Assembly: GCA_951406725.2 (NCBI GenBank)
Contig: OX597835.1
Location: forward strand, 30,814,001-30,878,000
Direction of reading: 5' to 3'
Source of the DNA: Octopus vulgaris
Lineage: Eukaryota
Length of the DNA stretch: 64,000 bases
The notes beneath the pieces are model-generated. The model was given only the letters and a program-made list of their open reading frames with translations, was not told the origin of the DNA and did not search any database. Positions 1 to 14,617 of this stretch are shown here, piece after piece. Both the position numbers and the translations under genes were made by a program. The first letter of the stretch is position 1, and the number at the start of each line of letters is the position of its first letter.

Positions 1-47
1 TTTTATTATAAACTAACATAAAAAATAAATAACCTGTCTCTCATAGT

Positions 48-55
48 ATCTATCC

Positions 56-123
<68 letters not shown>

Positions 124-154
124 ATCTATCTATCTATGTATCTATCTATCTATG

Positions 155-251
<97 letters not shown>
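48..251. repeat. (TATC)n microsatellite
   Basis: Direct inspection. Confidence 0.97.
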
Positions 252-252
<1 letters not shown>

Positions 253-746
253 ACTATATAAATCCCTATCTGTCTCTCCCTGTCTGTGTATATATACACA
301 CACACGCACACACTCACACACAGATACTAACTGAACTGAAGAATTAATTTTCTTCCCAATGGAATGACGATAACGGCTGTTTGTCATTGCATTTTGTAGA
401 AGTCAGCGAGAGATAATAGTAAATATTTTGTAACTGCTAAAATCGTTGTCATCACATGTTCCATGATTAATCCCGTGTTATCCTTATAACATTCTATATT
501 TCATTTGTTCAACTTATAAAGATTTCATCTACCGACATTGCTATTTACTACAAAGGTAGAATATGCCATTTGGTTCAGAAGATGCGTTTGAGAATGTCTC
601 CAAACTTTAATGGTTATGGGAGAAATATTTTCTCAAACAAAATTTTAATGACGAGTTAGGAAAAGCATTTAATAGTAGACATATAACTAATATATCAGGA
701 GATAAGTATTTTTGTGGGAGGCGTGTATGTGCGAGTGAATTATATA

Positions 747-789
<43 letters not shown>

Positions 790-807
790 CTTACATATAT
801 GCATATG

Positions 808-839
<32 letters not shown>

Positions 840-853
840 TGTATGTATGTATG

Positions 854-890
<37 letters not shown>

Positions 891-1661
891 TTATAAAAAA
901 GGAGTTTGAAAACACCACTATATAAGATAAATTTTGATTTTCTTAGAAAGTTTACATGTTTCGGTTCTTCTTGAAAAAACGAACCTTATCCAAAAAAATT
1001 TTTAAAGTTAACTGTAATAAAAAAGTTCATAATTGATTCTTACTAGTATCAACAGAATCCACGTGGTGGTTTTTTGTGGAGAGGAAGCATAATAGCTGTC
1101 TTATGTGTTGACTAAACTTGGAGAAAAAAATATATATATGTACTTATATATAAGAGAATCATATGCCGTTACATATTTATGTAAGATATACTAGAAAGAC
1201 TGGCTCCTGAGTTTGGAATTGAAAACTACACCAACTACCGAAGTAGGCGTCACAGTGTTGTATCAAAGTTCCCATTTACTCCATCTTGTATATGAACCCA
1301 GTATTGTAACAAATCGGGGTTCAAAGAATGACAGCTATTCAGCGTTCTCGCAAACAGCCGCGAGATTTTGCGAGATGTAGATCTAAATCTATCAAAGTGC
1401 GTCTGGACGAATCTTCTATCACCGATACAATTTGAACCCCAATCGTGGCAGAGACAGTAAGCAACATCAGCTCTGTCGAACTCTCTACTCAATCATTAAC
1501 AATAAAGGAGAGTAACCCAAGCACATTGAAAGGAGGCGCTCCAGCGTGGACTTGGCGTTTGGTTGAAAATAAGAAAACAATAAAATTATGTACCTAAATA
1601 TACACACACATATATATATGTATATATATATGTATATATACATATACATATATATATATAT

Positions 1662-1693
<32 letters not shown>

Positions 1694-1769
1694 TCACACA
1701 CACACACACCTATATATATTTATGTATATACGTATATACATATATATATGTATATATGTATGTATCTAT

Positions 1770-1877
<108 letters not shown>

Positions 1878-2012
1878 GTGTAATACGTTATTTGAAGTGT
1901 GTCGCAAAGTATATGGAATCGAAGGAAGAACGAAATGTAAACGAGGATATCGACAGATAGATGAATAGACAGATAAATAGATAAAGAGATTGATAGAACG
2001 ATAGAGCGAGAG

Positions 2013-2045
<33 letters not shown>

Positions 2046-2537
2046 GACAGAGAGACAGAGAAAGAGAGACAATGAGATAGGGATATATGTGGGCGTATAT
2101 GTATCTCTTTATATCATTTAAATTTAGAGAGAAAATTCATATTTGAGAAGTTCTGCTGAAATTTTAAAAATCGGAGGATGAGGCAACGTGCACCTACGTA
2201 ACATACGTAAAACGATGTAGACCGACATATATATATATATATACACACGGAGAGTGTGAGAGAGGGAGAGAGAGAGAGAGAGAGAGAGAGTCTACATTCC
2301 TATATTCAAACACGTGAAACTTTTCACTTCTAGAATGTTTAAGGACTTCAATATCTACACACACGCGCTCGTGGGTGTATATATATATATATATAAATAC
2401 CTATGCACAAGTACATATATATATATATATATATACACTTATACACATGTATATATTCATATCTGGTTTATGGATATGTATATACGTAAGCGCGCATATA
2501 TATGTATGTATATATATATACATGTATAAACATACAT

Positions 2538-2585
<48 letters not shown>

Positions 2586-2658
2586 TTTATCTCTCTCTTC
2601 CCCTCTCTTTCTTTCTCTCTCTCTCTCTATATATATCTATATATATATGTATATGTGC

Positions 2659-2724
<66 letters not shown>

Positions 2725-2834
2725 GCATTCTCGCATGGCCGCAGTCGCGTAGCTGAAACAAGTAAAAGAATAAAAGAACATATATATACGCATACCCCAG
2801 ACAATGCAAATACAGAAGCAGAATTATATTCCTA

Positions 2835-3150
2835 CATCCATATAATTTTCATTATTTCACTCATTTATTCAGTATATTCTACTTAAACCTCTCTCCGACA
2901 TGTGTTTCTGCTACATGGTTGTCTTGCCATGTGGCTTTTTCTCTTTTTTTTTTCTTTTTTGGGCGTGTTTGTTCAATGGCGTCTAGATATTTCATTCTGG
3001 TTACAAATATGTCCTTGCAGTTTTAACCAAAGTGTTGCCACTATTAAAATGTGAAGCACAAAATTCGGAGGAACGTATGTCGGTCAGAGGTTTAAATCAA
3101 ATATATCATATAAATGACAGTGATTATAAAAACCATGCACATGTATAACT
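2835..3150. mobile_element. Old MITE-like element with degenerate inverted repeats
   Basis: TTAAACCTCTCTCCGACAT (2883) versus ATGTCGGTCAGAGGTTTAA (3077-3095); similarity extends outward with mismatches. Confidence 0.5.
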
Positions 3151-3322
3151 CGCGTTATTTATTTGGAAATCTGAGAAAACTGGTTATAATTCAACGAAGC
3201 GAACTCGGGGTTTACAGATCGGCTAAATTTTCTTTAAATAGGCCCAGGTTATGGCATACCATTAAATGTGGTTAGCCAGAAGTAGAGTACTTGAACGGTA
3301 TCTGCCTGGATCCATCGCCATA

Positions 3323-3363
<41 letters not shown>

Positions 3364-3366
3364 AAA

Positions 3367-3423
<57 letters not shown>

Positions 3424-3731
3424 GAACCTGAGATTGCATAGTTTAATGCATGAAGTACTAGGGCAGTCAGAATGGACATTTAATATTCTATCATTTCATT
3501 ATATTATATCATTATAAGATTGTAAATAAAACCTGAAAATCATAGTTGGAATTTCTTTCAGAAATACACACATGCACACACAGACATATATATATATGTG
3601 TGTGTATGTATGTATGTATGTATGTATGTATGTATGTATGTATGTATGTATGTATGTATGTATGTATGTATCTATGTATATTAATATAAACAGCAGTTTG
3701 CAATGTTTCGCCAAAAAGAAAGGCTATTATA

Positions 3732-3923
3732 GTTACTAAATGGGACTAGGGTGTGAGAAACACTGATATTGCTAGAAATAAGAGTTAAAATGTTTTGCTG
3801 CTCTACAATGTCTGTATAATATATATGCATACAATTATGTGGACGTGACTACAAAATTAGAGCATTTTATCGCTTATTTCTAGCAATGTCGGGGTTTCTA
3901 AAACTCTAGTCCCATTTAGTGAC
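3732..3923. mobile_element. MITE/foldback element with ~65-bp imperfect inverted repeats
   Basis: GTTACTAAATGGGACTAG..TTGCTAGAAATAAG pairs with CTTATTTCTAGCAA..CTAGTCCCATTTAGTGAC. Confidence 0.75.
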
Positions 3924-4081
3924 CAATATACACACACACACAGACATGGAATGAAAACGTGTGTTGCCATGCAGGAAAAAACTATAGAAGAATTTGTTTT
4001 GGTGTTTGAAAAACGTGAAGACGTTTTTAAATAGATTTATTCCCATACCAAGCTAATTACGAAAACTTTTTGTTTGCATGT

Positions 4082-4114
<33 letters not shown>

Positions 4115-4152
4115 ATAAAAATATATATATATATAACGAATATATATATATG

Positions 4153-4186
<34 letters not shown>

Positions 4187-4200
4187 TTATGTATGTATAA

Positions 4201-4378
<178 letters not shown>

Positions 4379-4434
4379 CATGCATATATATATACATGTA
4401 CATATATGCAGGCATGTATATATGTATGTATGTC

Positions 4435-4664
4435 GCCGCCGCTGGCAGAAATGTAAGTACGCCGGGCTAAATGTGTAGCCGTATTTCGTATGCCGTCACG
4501 TTCTAAGTTCAAATTCCGCCGAGGTCGACTTTGCCTTTCATCCTTTCGCGGTCGATAAATTAAGTACCAGTTACGCACTGGAGGTCGATATAATCGAATT
4601 AATCCGTTTGACTGTCCTTGTTTGTCCCCTCACTGTTTAGCCTCTTGTGGGTAGTAAAGAAATA
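4435..4664 (+). mobile_element. tRNA-derived SINE, family A (MetaSINE-like central domain)
   Basis: A-box-like TGGCAGAA, B-box-like GTTCAAATTCC and core CTTTGCCTTTCATCCTTTCGxGGTCGATAAATTAAGTACCAG; many copies in the window. Confidence 0.85.
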
Positions 4665-4967
4665 TATATATATATATATATATATATAAACATCACACTA
4701 TTACCTCAAAAGTAAATAGTCATGATTTGTTTGCAAAAATTTATTTCAATAAACAAAATAATGTCATTTAATCCATTACTGTTCTTAAAATAGTATTTTA
4801 CAGGCATGTCTTGTGCAGTTTTTAAGGATTTTGACCGGATTGAAGATCGTAGGAATGAGTAGTGCCTCCACTAATTCGACGCTAGAATGAGACATGATTA
4901 TCTGTGCGTATGTATGACAGTATATGTGTGTGCGCGTGTGTCTCTGTGTGCTCGTGTTTATATATAC

Positions 4968-5038
<71 letters not shown>

Positions 5039-5429
5039 CACATCCATATTTATATATATAGGTATAAACCGATATATTATGTACTTTAATCTTTTGTAAA
5101 TAAAAAGCTTCTACACACACAGGCGTGTACACGCGTACGCTCATATAAGTGCTCTTGTACATACTTACAAATACGAGCACAAACATATGCTTAATGTGAT
5201 ACGATCAATGCACCTAAAAACCGATATTCGTTTGTTTTCATCCGAAAGACAATGAGTACGAATATATTGAATATATTAACTGAGCTCAAATCGGTTGAGC
5301 AAACTTCTATAGGGTATGATCCAGCTTGGTCGCAGTTCGATAATAAGTGAAACGTATAACAGGTTAAACAATAAATATATACATCTATATACATAAATAC
5401 ACATATAAATATTTACATACATATATATA

Positions 5430-5493
<64 letters not shown>

Positions 5494-5501
5494 AGCATAT
5501 G

Positions 5502-5533
<32 letters not shown>

Positions 5534-5692
5534 CTCGAAATACGAGAGGAGAATAACAGCCGACAACTGATGAAGGGTCGTTCTTTATGGTATTTGCTTT
5601 GTTTTTCATTTGTGTCGCATTCCATGTACTCATGTACTCATAGTCCGTATCTTTTGTTGTACACGTTTCGTGACGTCCTGTGCCCACATAAG

Positions 5693-5735
<43 letters not shown>

Positions 5736-5795
5736 TGATGTAAATATGTACATATACGTATGTATATATGCATATATACATTATTGATATTATAC

Positions 5796-5842
<47 letters not shown>

Positions 5843-5902
5843 AACATTATATTCCCGTAGGCAGCAGCTCTATATATACAACTGATAGAAACACGCATAC
5901 AA

Positions 5903-5943
<41 letters not shown>

Positions 5944-6198
5944 CATATGCGCATGAAAGGTGACCACGTAAATGGAAAACAAGGCGGGAAAGATAGTACA
6001 TAGAATAATATACTTTTCATTGTAGCTGCAAAATTATCACAAGGGTTATACTCAGAGTTTCACACCCCCGTTTGTCGGACATTTGTGATGCATACTGAAT
6101 TAAAATCCTCATAGTGCATGAAATAAACTGTTATATCACATGTACAACTATCGGACGAACGGAAACATGATAATTTCGCTGCTGATATCAAACTATAC

Positions 6199-6229
<31 letters not shown>

Positions 6230-6288
6230 TGTATGTACGTATGTATGTATGTATATATGTGTGTATATATGTATGTCTCTCTCTCTAA

Positions 6289-6341
<53 letters not shown>

Positions 6342-6427
6342 TATATGTATATATATATATACATATATATATATATACATATATATATATGTATATATAC
6401 ATATATATATATACACATATCTATATG

Positions 6428-6472
<45 letters not shown>

Positions 6473-6721
6473 TTACATATTTAATTACATGTATACATAT
6501 ATCATACACGTATATATACGTAACAACACACACACACACATAGAAAGGTATATATATTCGGGAAGTTTTTTAGTAAAAAAGGAAGTGATACAGTTGAAAT
6601 TCTATTAAATAACCGTTACCTCTCCTCCATTGTGTTTAAGTCTCATAGTTTGTGATAAAATTGTACATCTTCATACCTATGTTGTTGACCTATGTAATAG
6701 ATTACATATGTATGCATAATA

Positions 6722-6782
<61 letters not shown>

Positions 6783-6851
6783 GTATGTATATATATATAT
6801 GTATATATATATGTATATATATATATTATACAAATGTATCTATTACATAGT

Positions 6852-6889
<38 letters not shown>

Positions 6890-7161
6890 GCATATTCACA
6901 TGAATATGGAGATGCAAATGTGGGATATGAAACATGTAATTAACCTGAAAAATGGTTCATTAATAGAACATATAATGACAATGATGCAATAGCTGGGTGA
7001 TCACAATTTAATATATCACATTTACAAGACTGATTGCTTGGTACAGAATATAATTAGTAAACAATGCAAAATAATTGTGAAATATCAATGACAATGAAAG
7101 AAATTATATATGTGTGTATATGATATATAGTATATAATATATATATGTATATATTATATGT

Positions 7162-7232
<71 letters not shown>

Positions 7233-7233
7233 C

Positions 7234-7340
<107 letters not shown>

Positions 7341-7443
7341 ATGTATGTGTGTCTGTGTCTGTGTATGCATGTGTATATTTTTAGTGTGTAATTTTACTTC
7401 TTTGATATATGAGATGAAATTTTTTTAGAATATAATGACATTT

Positions 7444-7450
7444 ACTTACC
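7444..7450 (-). promoter_or_regulatory. 5' splice donor; intron runs leftward
   Basis: Minus strand reads AACG|GTAAGT exactly where the long ORF ends and AT-rich repeat DNA begins. Confidence 0.8.
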
Positions 7451-9172
7451 GTTTCGCCGTGAATGGAGTAAAGACAACGTACGATGACATTCCGCCGCCG
7501 AGGTAGACGAAGAAAATAATAAAGTCGGTGTAAGTGATGATGAAGATGAGGATGATGATGAGGATGAAGATGAAGATGATGATGATAATAAAGATGATGA
7601 TGATACTAATGATGATGACAACCGCGATGATGATGATACTGGTGGTTGGGTGGCTGTAACAACAACTGGTGGATCCACTCGCACATCGACACCACCTGCA
7701 CCATCGGCCTCAATTCTAGTTTCACTTTCAATTTCAGCCTCTGGGTCGTCACATGGCGTTGGCCCTGCCGCTGCCGCTGCCACCGCCGACGCGGCTGCCG
7801 CGGCCGCTGCCGCCACGGCTGATTCATAGGCCTCGTGTATACAGGTGGACGGCAGCTTTCCGTCCCGAAGCAGCCATGGACCAGCTGACCAATCGACCAG
7901 TCTCTGTGTGTTTAAGGCAGTCCCCATTGCAGCCGAAGAAAGCGGCGAAAGTTCATTATCCTTTAAGTCCGGGTGTAAATTCGGCTCCGTATAGATGTTA
8001 TAACCTCCTCTAGCGGAACTCGAACCCACCGCCCTGGCCACCACTTCGGAAGCTGTTGGGTTTATGTTTAACGCAGAGTTTTTCGAGTTTGTATTGTTTG
8101 TGACTGTCCCCGGGCCAACAGAGCAATTACTTTTATTTATCAGAGGTGACACGCAGTTCAGTCTACGTCCGGGCCCGAACGAATAACCCGGCGGTGCTGT
8201 CACGAGCACTGGATGGAGAAAACTTGACGCGCCCATTACGATCCTTGCGTTGGCAGGTTTTTCAGCCCCTCTAAATTTAGTAGGGCTGAGGATATCATCA
8301 ACAGAAAAGGCTGTCGGTTGCCGCATGGCAGTCTTGTTGAGTTCCTGAGATAATGGCGACCTTTCTAAATCCTCTTCTCCAGAGTTTGCTGCATGCTTTA
8401 GGCCCCCCGTTATCGGGTTTGCGGCGTCCCTCGTCTCATAATTACTCAGATCCGATACGGAGTTATTAAAGTCCATAGACTGATTTCGAACGCGGTTTCT
8501 TTTCCGTGGGTGAATCTCACCCAAAGAATAACTTTGGCTAATGCTAAATGCAGTCCTTGGAAATTTGTTTTTATAATTGTTGTTATTGTGGTTGTTGTTA
8601 TGTTTGTTATTATTACTGCTGCTACCGTTGCTGCTGTTGCTGCTGTTGTTACAGCTGGCGTTGTTGTTGTTGTTGGTATGTCTGTGACGCACCAGTTCAT
8701 TAGCTGCTATAGAATCATTTGAACCGGCGATCGGATGATTGCCGGCCAAGCTTGTCTCGTTGGCCAGCGATGAGCTAAAGATATTTTGGTAGTGCTGCTC
8801 TCCATAAGGTCGAGGTTTCGCGCCGTTGTTGCGGACGCTGGCCTCTTCAGTGACGTCCACGTTAATGTTGACGTCCGCGTCGTCATTGCTGTCATCAGTA
8901 GGTACCACGACCAACGTCTCCTCCTCCTCTTCTTCTTCCACCTCGCCGTCCTCTCCTTCTTCCTCCACTTCCACTTCTTCCTCTTCTTCTTCCTCTTCTT
9001 CTACTTCTTCTACTTCTACTGCTACTGCCACTTCCTCCTCCTCCTCTTCCTCCTCCTCCCCTTCTTCTTCTTCTTCCTCTACCTCTTCCTCTTCACCTTC
9101 TTCACCCTCACCGCTATCGCCTGCCCCACCGTTGTCATTGTCACTCGTTCGGACATCGTCACTGACCACCAT
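7450..9172 (-). CDS. First coding exon of a probable NK1/slouch (Nkx1)-family homeobox repressor gene; homeobox exon not in window
   Basis: 574-codon open frame with higher GC than its flanks. First ATG at 9172 has good context (ATAATGG) and an in-frame upstream stop at 9323-9325. It ends at a consensus donor G|GTAAGT (7450/7449, phase 1). Contains TAFSVDDILSPTKF, matching the NK1-type eh1 motif (FSVxDILDPxKF), plus poly-E, -N, -A and -S tracts. Family call rests on the eh1 motif alone. Confidence 0.72.
8273..8314 (-). other. eh1 (Groucho/TLE-binding) motif, NK1-type
   Basis: Encodes TAFSVDDILSPTKF; fits FSVxxIL with the PxKF extension known from Nkx1 proteins. Confidence 0.8.
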
Positions 9173-9481
9173 TATTACGGCACGATTTTCTGGTAGCAAA
9201 ATGTTCGGTTCAACGATGACATTGGAAGCAATGTGGCGCTGCCGCCGCCGTCGTCGTCGTCGTAGCCGTCGTCGACGGCGTTGCTGTTGTTGTTGTTGTT
9301 GTTGTTGTCGTCGTTTTACTTGTTATCACTCTCCGTAATTACGAAATATTCTGGTCGTTATTTGCCGACCGTACAGCAGGAGAGACAATGAAAAGAGAGA
9401 GAGAGACAGAGCACAACGGAGAGAAAGCGAGAGTGAAAAGGAGACAGAGATTGCGTGTGCGCGTTTTTATTGTGCGTGTTC

Positions 9482-9552
<71 letters not shown>

Positions 9553-9771
9553 GAGTGAAAGGAAAAGAGACAGAGGGAGAGCAGGAAAGAGTGAGAGGAG
9601 AAAAGAGCGGAAAAGTGACAGAGAGTACGTATGTGTGTGTGTGTATGAGAGAGAGAGGGAGAACCGGAAAGAGACAGAGGAGAGCTAGAGAGAGTGAGAG
9701 GAGAAAAGAGCGGAAAAGTGACAGAGAGTACGTGTGTGTGTGTGTGTGTGTATGAAAGAAAGGTGCAAACA

Positions 9772-9805
<34 letters not shown>

Positions 9806-9977
9806 AAGTGCGACAGAGCGGCAATTTCAGATTTTTTTTTGTTTTTTTTTTAAGAGTGATAATGTACAATCCACAGGTATCCACACTTTGATGATAGTAA
9901 CGACGATAGCAACGATGCTAAACGATGACGCTGCTGAATAAAGGCGGGGTAGGTGACGGCCAACGCTAGCAGTAATG

Positions 9978-10049
<72 letters not shown>

Positions 10050-10219
10050 ACGGTTCTGGGTTAAGGTGTAGTGAGTGTCACACCAACCACAAAACAATTT
10101 CCCGAGACTAACAACAGCTTCCGTCATCCGCCATGTCCAAATTTAAAAGCCGACAATGTGTGTATCAATATACACACACACAAACGCACAAACACACACG
10201 CATGTATATATATTTATAT

Positions 10220-10277
<58 letters not shown>

Positions 10278-11335
10278 GTATATATGGGAATTGTTCGTCA
10301 CAATGTATAGTTACTATTATTTTTATAGTTGTTGTTGTTGTTATTATTATTATTATTGGTGGTGGTGATGCTTTTTCTCTTTAAATCAAATAATAATTAA
10401 TGTACGTTTTGATGTATGTGTGTGTGTATGTGTGTGTGCGTGTGTACTGTGAATCTCATGTATGTTTATTTATAATTGCATGTATGCGTATATAGATATG
10501 AATTTTTGAGCATGCGTATAAACATATGTGCATGCATGGAAAGATGCATGCATGCAAGCATGTATATAGGTAAAAATTAAATCTAAAATTAATTCCGTGA
10601 AACTTATAAAACACGTATGTATGTATGATTGTATGTATGTATATTTTTGTATGTCTATGTATATATGTACCTATGTATGTATAGGTATGTATGTGTGTAT
10701 GTATATATGTGTATGTGCATATTTATAAATGTATCTGTTTGTATGTATATATATATACATATATATGTATGTGCGTACGTATATATTTATGTATATTTAT
10801 GTACGTATATATTTATGTATGTATATAAATGTATATGTATGTGCCTATGTATATGTGTATATGTATGTATATGCATGAGCGTAAATATAGATCTATGTAA
10901 CTATAATTGTATGTATGTATGTGCGTGTATATATGTGTGTATGTATATGTGTGTATGTCTATGTATGTGTGTATATATGTACGTATTGTGTGTGTGTGTG
11001 TGTGCGTGTGGATATGTGTATACGTATATTTATATAGGCGTTTGCGAGGCGTGTTTACACAGAATTACAACAACGAAATTTCTCCAAATATTAATTGATC
11101 ACACTTCTTTTGCTCCACGTGAATTATTTGCATAAATTACTTCACAAAATAGTTAGCATCTTCTTGTTGTTATTCTTATAGTTGTGGTTCTTAAGATTGT
11201 TATTGCAGTTGTTGATATTGTACTTACTTTTTTTGTTGTTTTTTTATATATCGTATAATTTTATTTCCGGTTTTTCGTTTTTTTATTATTTTGTTCTTGA
11301 ATTTCTAGAGTATTGTTTTTCTTGCTTTTGTTGAT

Positions 11336-11389
<54 letters not shown>

Positions 11390-11715
11390 ATAGTAGTAGT
11401 AGTAGTAGTAATGGCTGCTGTTATCTCGAAAGTAATTTTTTTCTATTTTTTTTCCTGACAAGATTTAGTTTCAGTTTCAATTCCGAACTTAGAGCTGCTA
11501 CTACTACTACTACTACAGCAGCTGCTGTTGCAATCCTTGTTGTTGTTGATGATTATGATGATGATACTACTTGCTGTTGTTGTCGTTATTCCTTTTGTTG
11601 TTATGGTAACCGAAACTGGTTCTCTTTAAAATGAGCTTTTTGTTCCTGGTGTCAACACAAATTTATTTTCATATAAATAAACTTATAATTATTACTATTA
11701 TTATTATTATTGTTG

Positions 11716-11766
<51 letters not shown>

Positions 11767-12591
11767 GTTATTATTGTAGTTGTTGTTCTTGTTGCTTTCG
11801 TAATTTTCTTCCTTGTAAATTCGGTTTTTTTTTTTCTTTTCGATTTCCAGGTCGCGATTTGGGACTTGCTGTTTTTGTTGTTGATGTCGTTGTTACTGTT
11901 TATGCAGTTGATATTACTATTCTTGTTGTTGTTGATGATGGTGATGATGATGATGATGTTGTTGTTGTTGTTGTTGTCATCGCTGTTATTCTTCCTGTAT
12001 TCGTTAGGAAACCTTGTTTCCCGTATCCAAATTGCTCCCCTCATTCATGTTGCAGTTGCTGTTGTTATTGTAATTGTTGTTGTTGTTGTTGTTCTTGTTG
12101 TTGAGAAACAAATTAAAAATAAAAGTAAAGAGAGAAAGAACAGGGTAAAATGAAAGAGAGAGAGAAAAAACAAACAACGAAGAAGAGAAAGCAGGACTAA
12201 AGGTAATAAAATATGGAAGACCAATAACAGAGAAGAAGGAAGAAACAAACTTATTTCTCTGTGGCCGATGTTATGTCACTCCGTCTCATAAAGAGGCTTC
12301 CGCTTCAAGATCTTTCCTCCACCTCCTCCTGCTGCTGCTGCTCTCCGCTGCTACAGTACATGCATCTCCTCCTCCTCCTCTTCCTTCTCCTCCTCTTCCT
12401 TTTCCTCTTCATTCTCTCTCCTCCTGCTCCTCCTCCGTTGCTCCCTATTACTGCTATTATACTTCCCAACGAGTCGACTGCGCGCACGTCCTTTCCCGCA
12501 GCTCGTGTTTCTGTTCTGCCACCATTTTTGCCAAGATTTGCGTTGCTCTCCTCATTCTCCCACTAAATGTTCTTTCTTTCTTTCTCCCCCA

Positions 12592-12647
<56 letters not shown>

Positions 12648-12856
12648 TCTCTCTCTTTGTTCCCCCTACTTCTGTCTCTCTCTTATTTCTCACAATTCTC
12701 TCTCAGAATGACTCTCCCATCACACATTTTTTATACGTCAAGATGTATATCACTCTCCATTTCTCCCTCACACTCTCCTATTCTCTCTCCAAGCCATATA
12801 CACTTGGGTTTATATATATGTATGTATATATATATATGTATATATACATATATATG

Positions 12857-12893
<37 letters not shown>

Positions 12894-13054
12894 GCATGTA
12901 TGTATAGGGAGAATTTATATAAATTTATAAATTTATATATTAGTAAAACGCACGGGAACACACACACAAACACACACACTATATATCTATACATATACAC
13001 GCTTACATATATATCTATATATGTATATCTATTATCTGACTACATATCTCTACA

Positions 13055-13095
<41 letters not shown>

Positions 13096-13208
13096 GTATG
13101 TATGCATAAAGATATATATATATATACATGTGTGTTTACATATACATATACATAAATATCTATGTGTGTGTGTGTGTGTTTGTGTGTGCGACTGTGTTTG
13201 TATGTGTG

Positions 13209-13248
<40 letters not shown>

Positions 13249-13249
13249 T

Positions 13250-13505
13250 CTCCCGTCACGAGCGGTTGAAGCCGGTCTTGGTTTGTTTATTTCCTCGAGA
13301 TGTAGCCGTTTGGCAAAAAAAGCAGCAACGGAAGAATATATACCACGCTTACAAAAGAAAAAAACAATAAATTCTAGGGGCTTCTTACAGTTTCCGTCTA
13401 TCAGATCCACTCACAAGGATTTGGTCGGCCCGAAGTTATATCAGAAGACACATGTCCCTGTGATTGAAAAGCAAGCTTCTTACCACAAAGCCACTCCTCT
13501 GCCTA
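13250..13505 (-). mobile_element. SINE family B, degraded 5' half
   Basis: Reverse complement of the family B head (CAGTTTCCGTCTA..TCCACTCACAAGG.TTTGGTCGGCCCG..CTTACCACA.AGCCACTCCT). Confidence 0.65.
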
Positions 13506-13610
13506 TATATGCATACATACTTACACACACATACACACACATACATATATATATACATGTCAATGTATAGATAGATAAATAGATAGCTAGCTAGCTAGCT
13601 AGATAGATAT

Positions 13611-13703
<93 letters not shown>

Positions 13704-13951
13704 CACACACATAGATATATAGATATATAAGTAGATAAATGGATGGACAGATGGATAGATAAATAAGTGCTTGTATATTTGCTTGTATGTGTATATAGAT
13801 ATATAAATATATATGTGTGTTTGTGTGTGTGTGTGTGTATACTTTGATATACTCTCCTATTTCTCCTCCTAATCTTCTCCCCTCCTTCCTCTTCTACCTA
13901 TCTTCCTTTCTCATTCTATCTCTTCATCCGTTTATCTGTATGTCTCTCACT

Positions 13952-14028
<77 letters not shown>

Positions 14029-14224
14029 ATACATGGATGTGTGTGTCTATATATCTCCGTCTCTCTCTACCTTTCTCTCACTCCATCTATCTATCTATCT
14101 ATCCATCTATCTATGTATCAACTCTATGACTTACTCTACATGTTTCTGTTTATTTTTACACTTGATACACACACATACATATGTATATATATATATACCC
14201 ATCCTCACATTCACGCATTCACAT

Positions 14225-14286
<62 letters not shown>

Positions 14287-14543
14287 ACTAACATATGCAT
14301 CGAGCACTCGCATACACGAACAATCTCAAGCGCGCGTGCATGCACACACACACACATCAGTTATAAGTACTCTGGCATCATCATCATCATAATCATCAAC
14401 ATCATCATTACCATCATCATCATCCTCATAATTATCATCATCATCATCATCATCATGATTACCAGGAAGCAGCAGCAGCAGCAGTAGTAGTAGAGTGGTG
14501 ACGGTGGTAGTAATAGTTTCCTCTAAGATTATGCTTCCTCTCA

Positions 14544-14617
<74 letters not shown>

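Noticed and set aside
1250-1492. Faint resemblance to a Tc1/mariner transposase segment
   Set aside because: Catalytic QQD and SPDLNP motifs are not intact; needs a profile search.
5533-5580. GAAA...CTGATGA type-II hammerhead candidate
   Set aside because: Stems I and III cannot form.
8525-8552. Second TAFS motif (TAFSISQSY) as an extra eh1
   Set aside because: Lacks the terminal IL/LL residues required for eh1.
9173-9199. ORF-track start at 9199
   Set aside because: It is a TTG codon; the first ATG with good context is at 9172.
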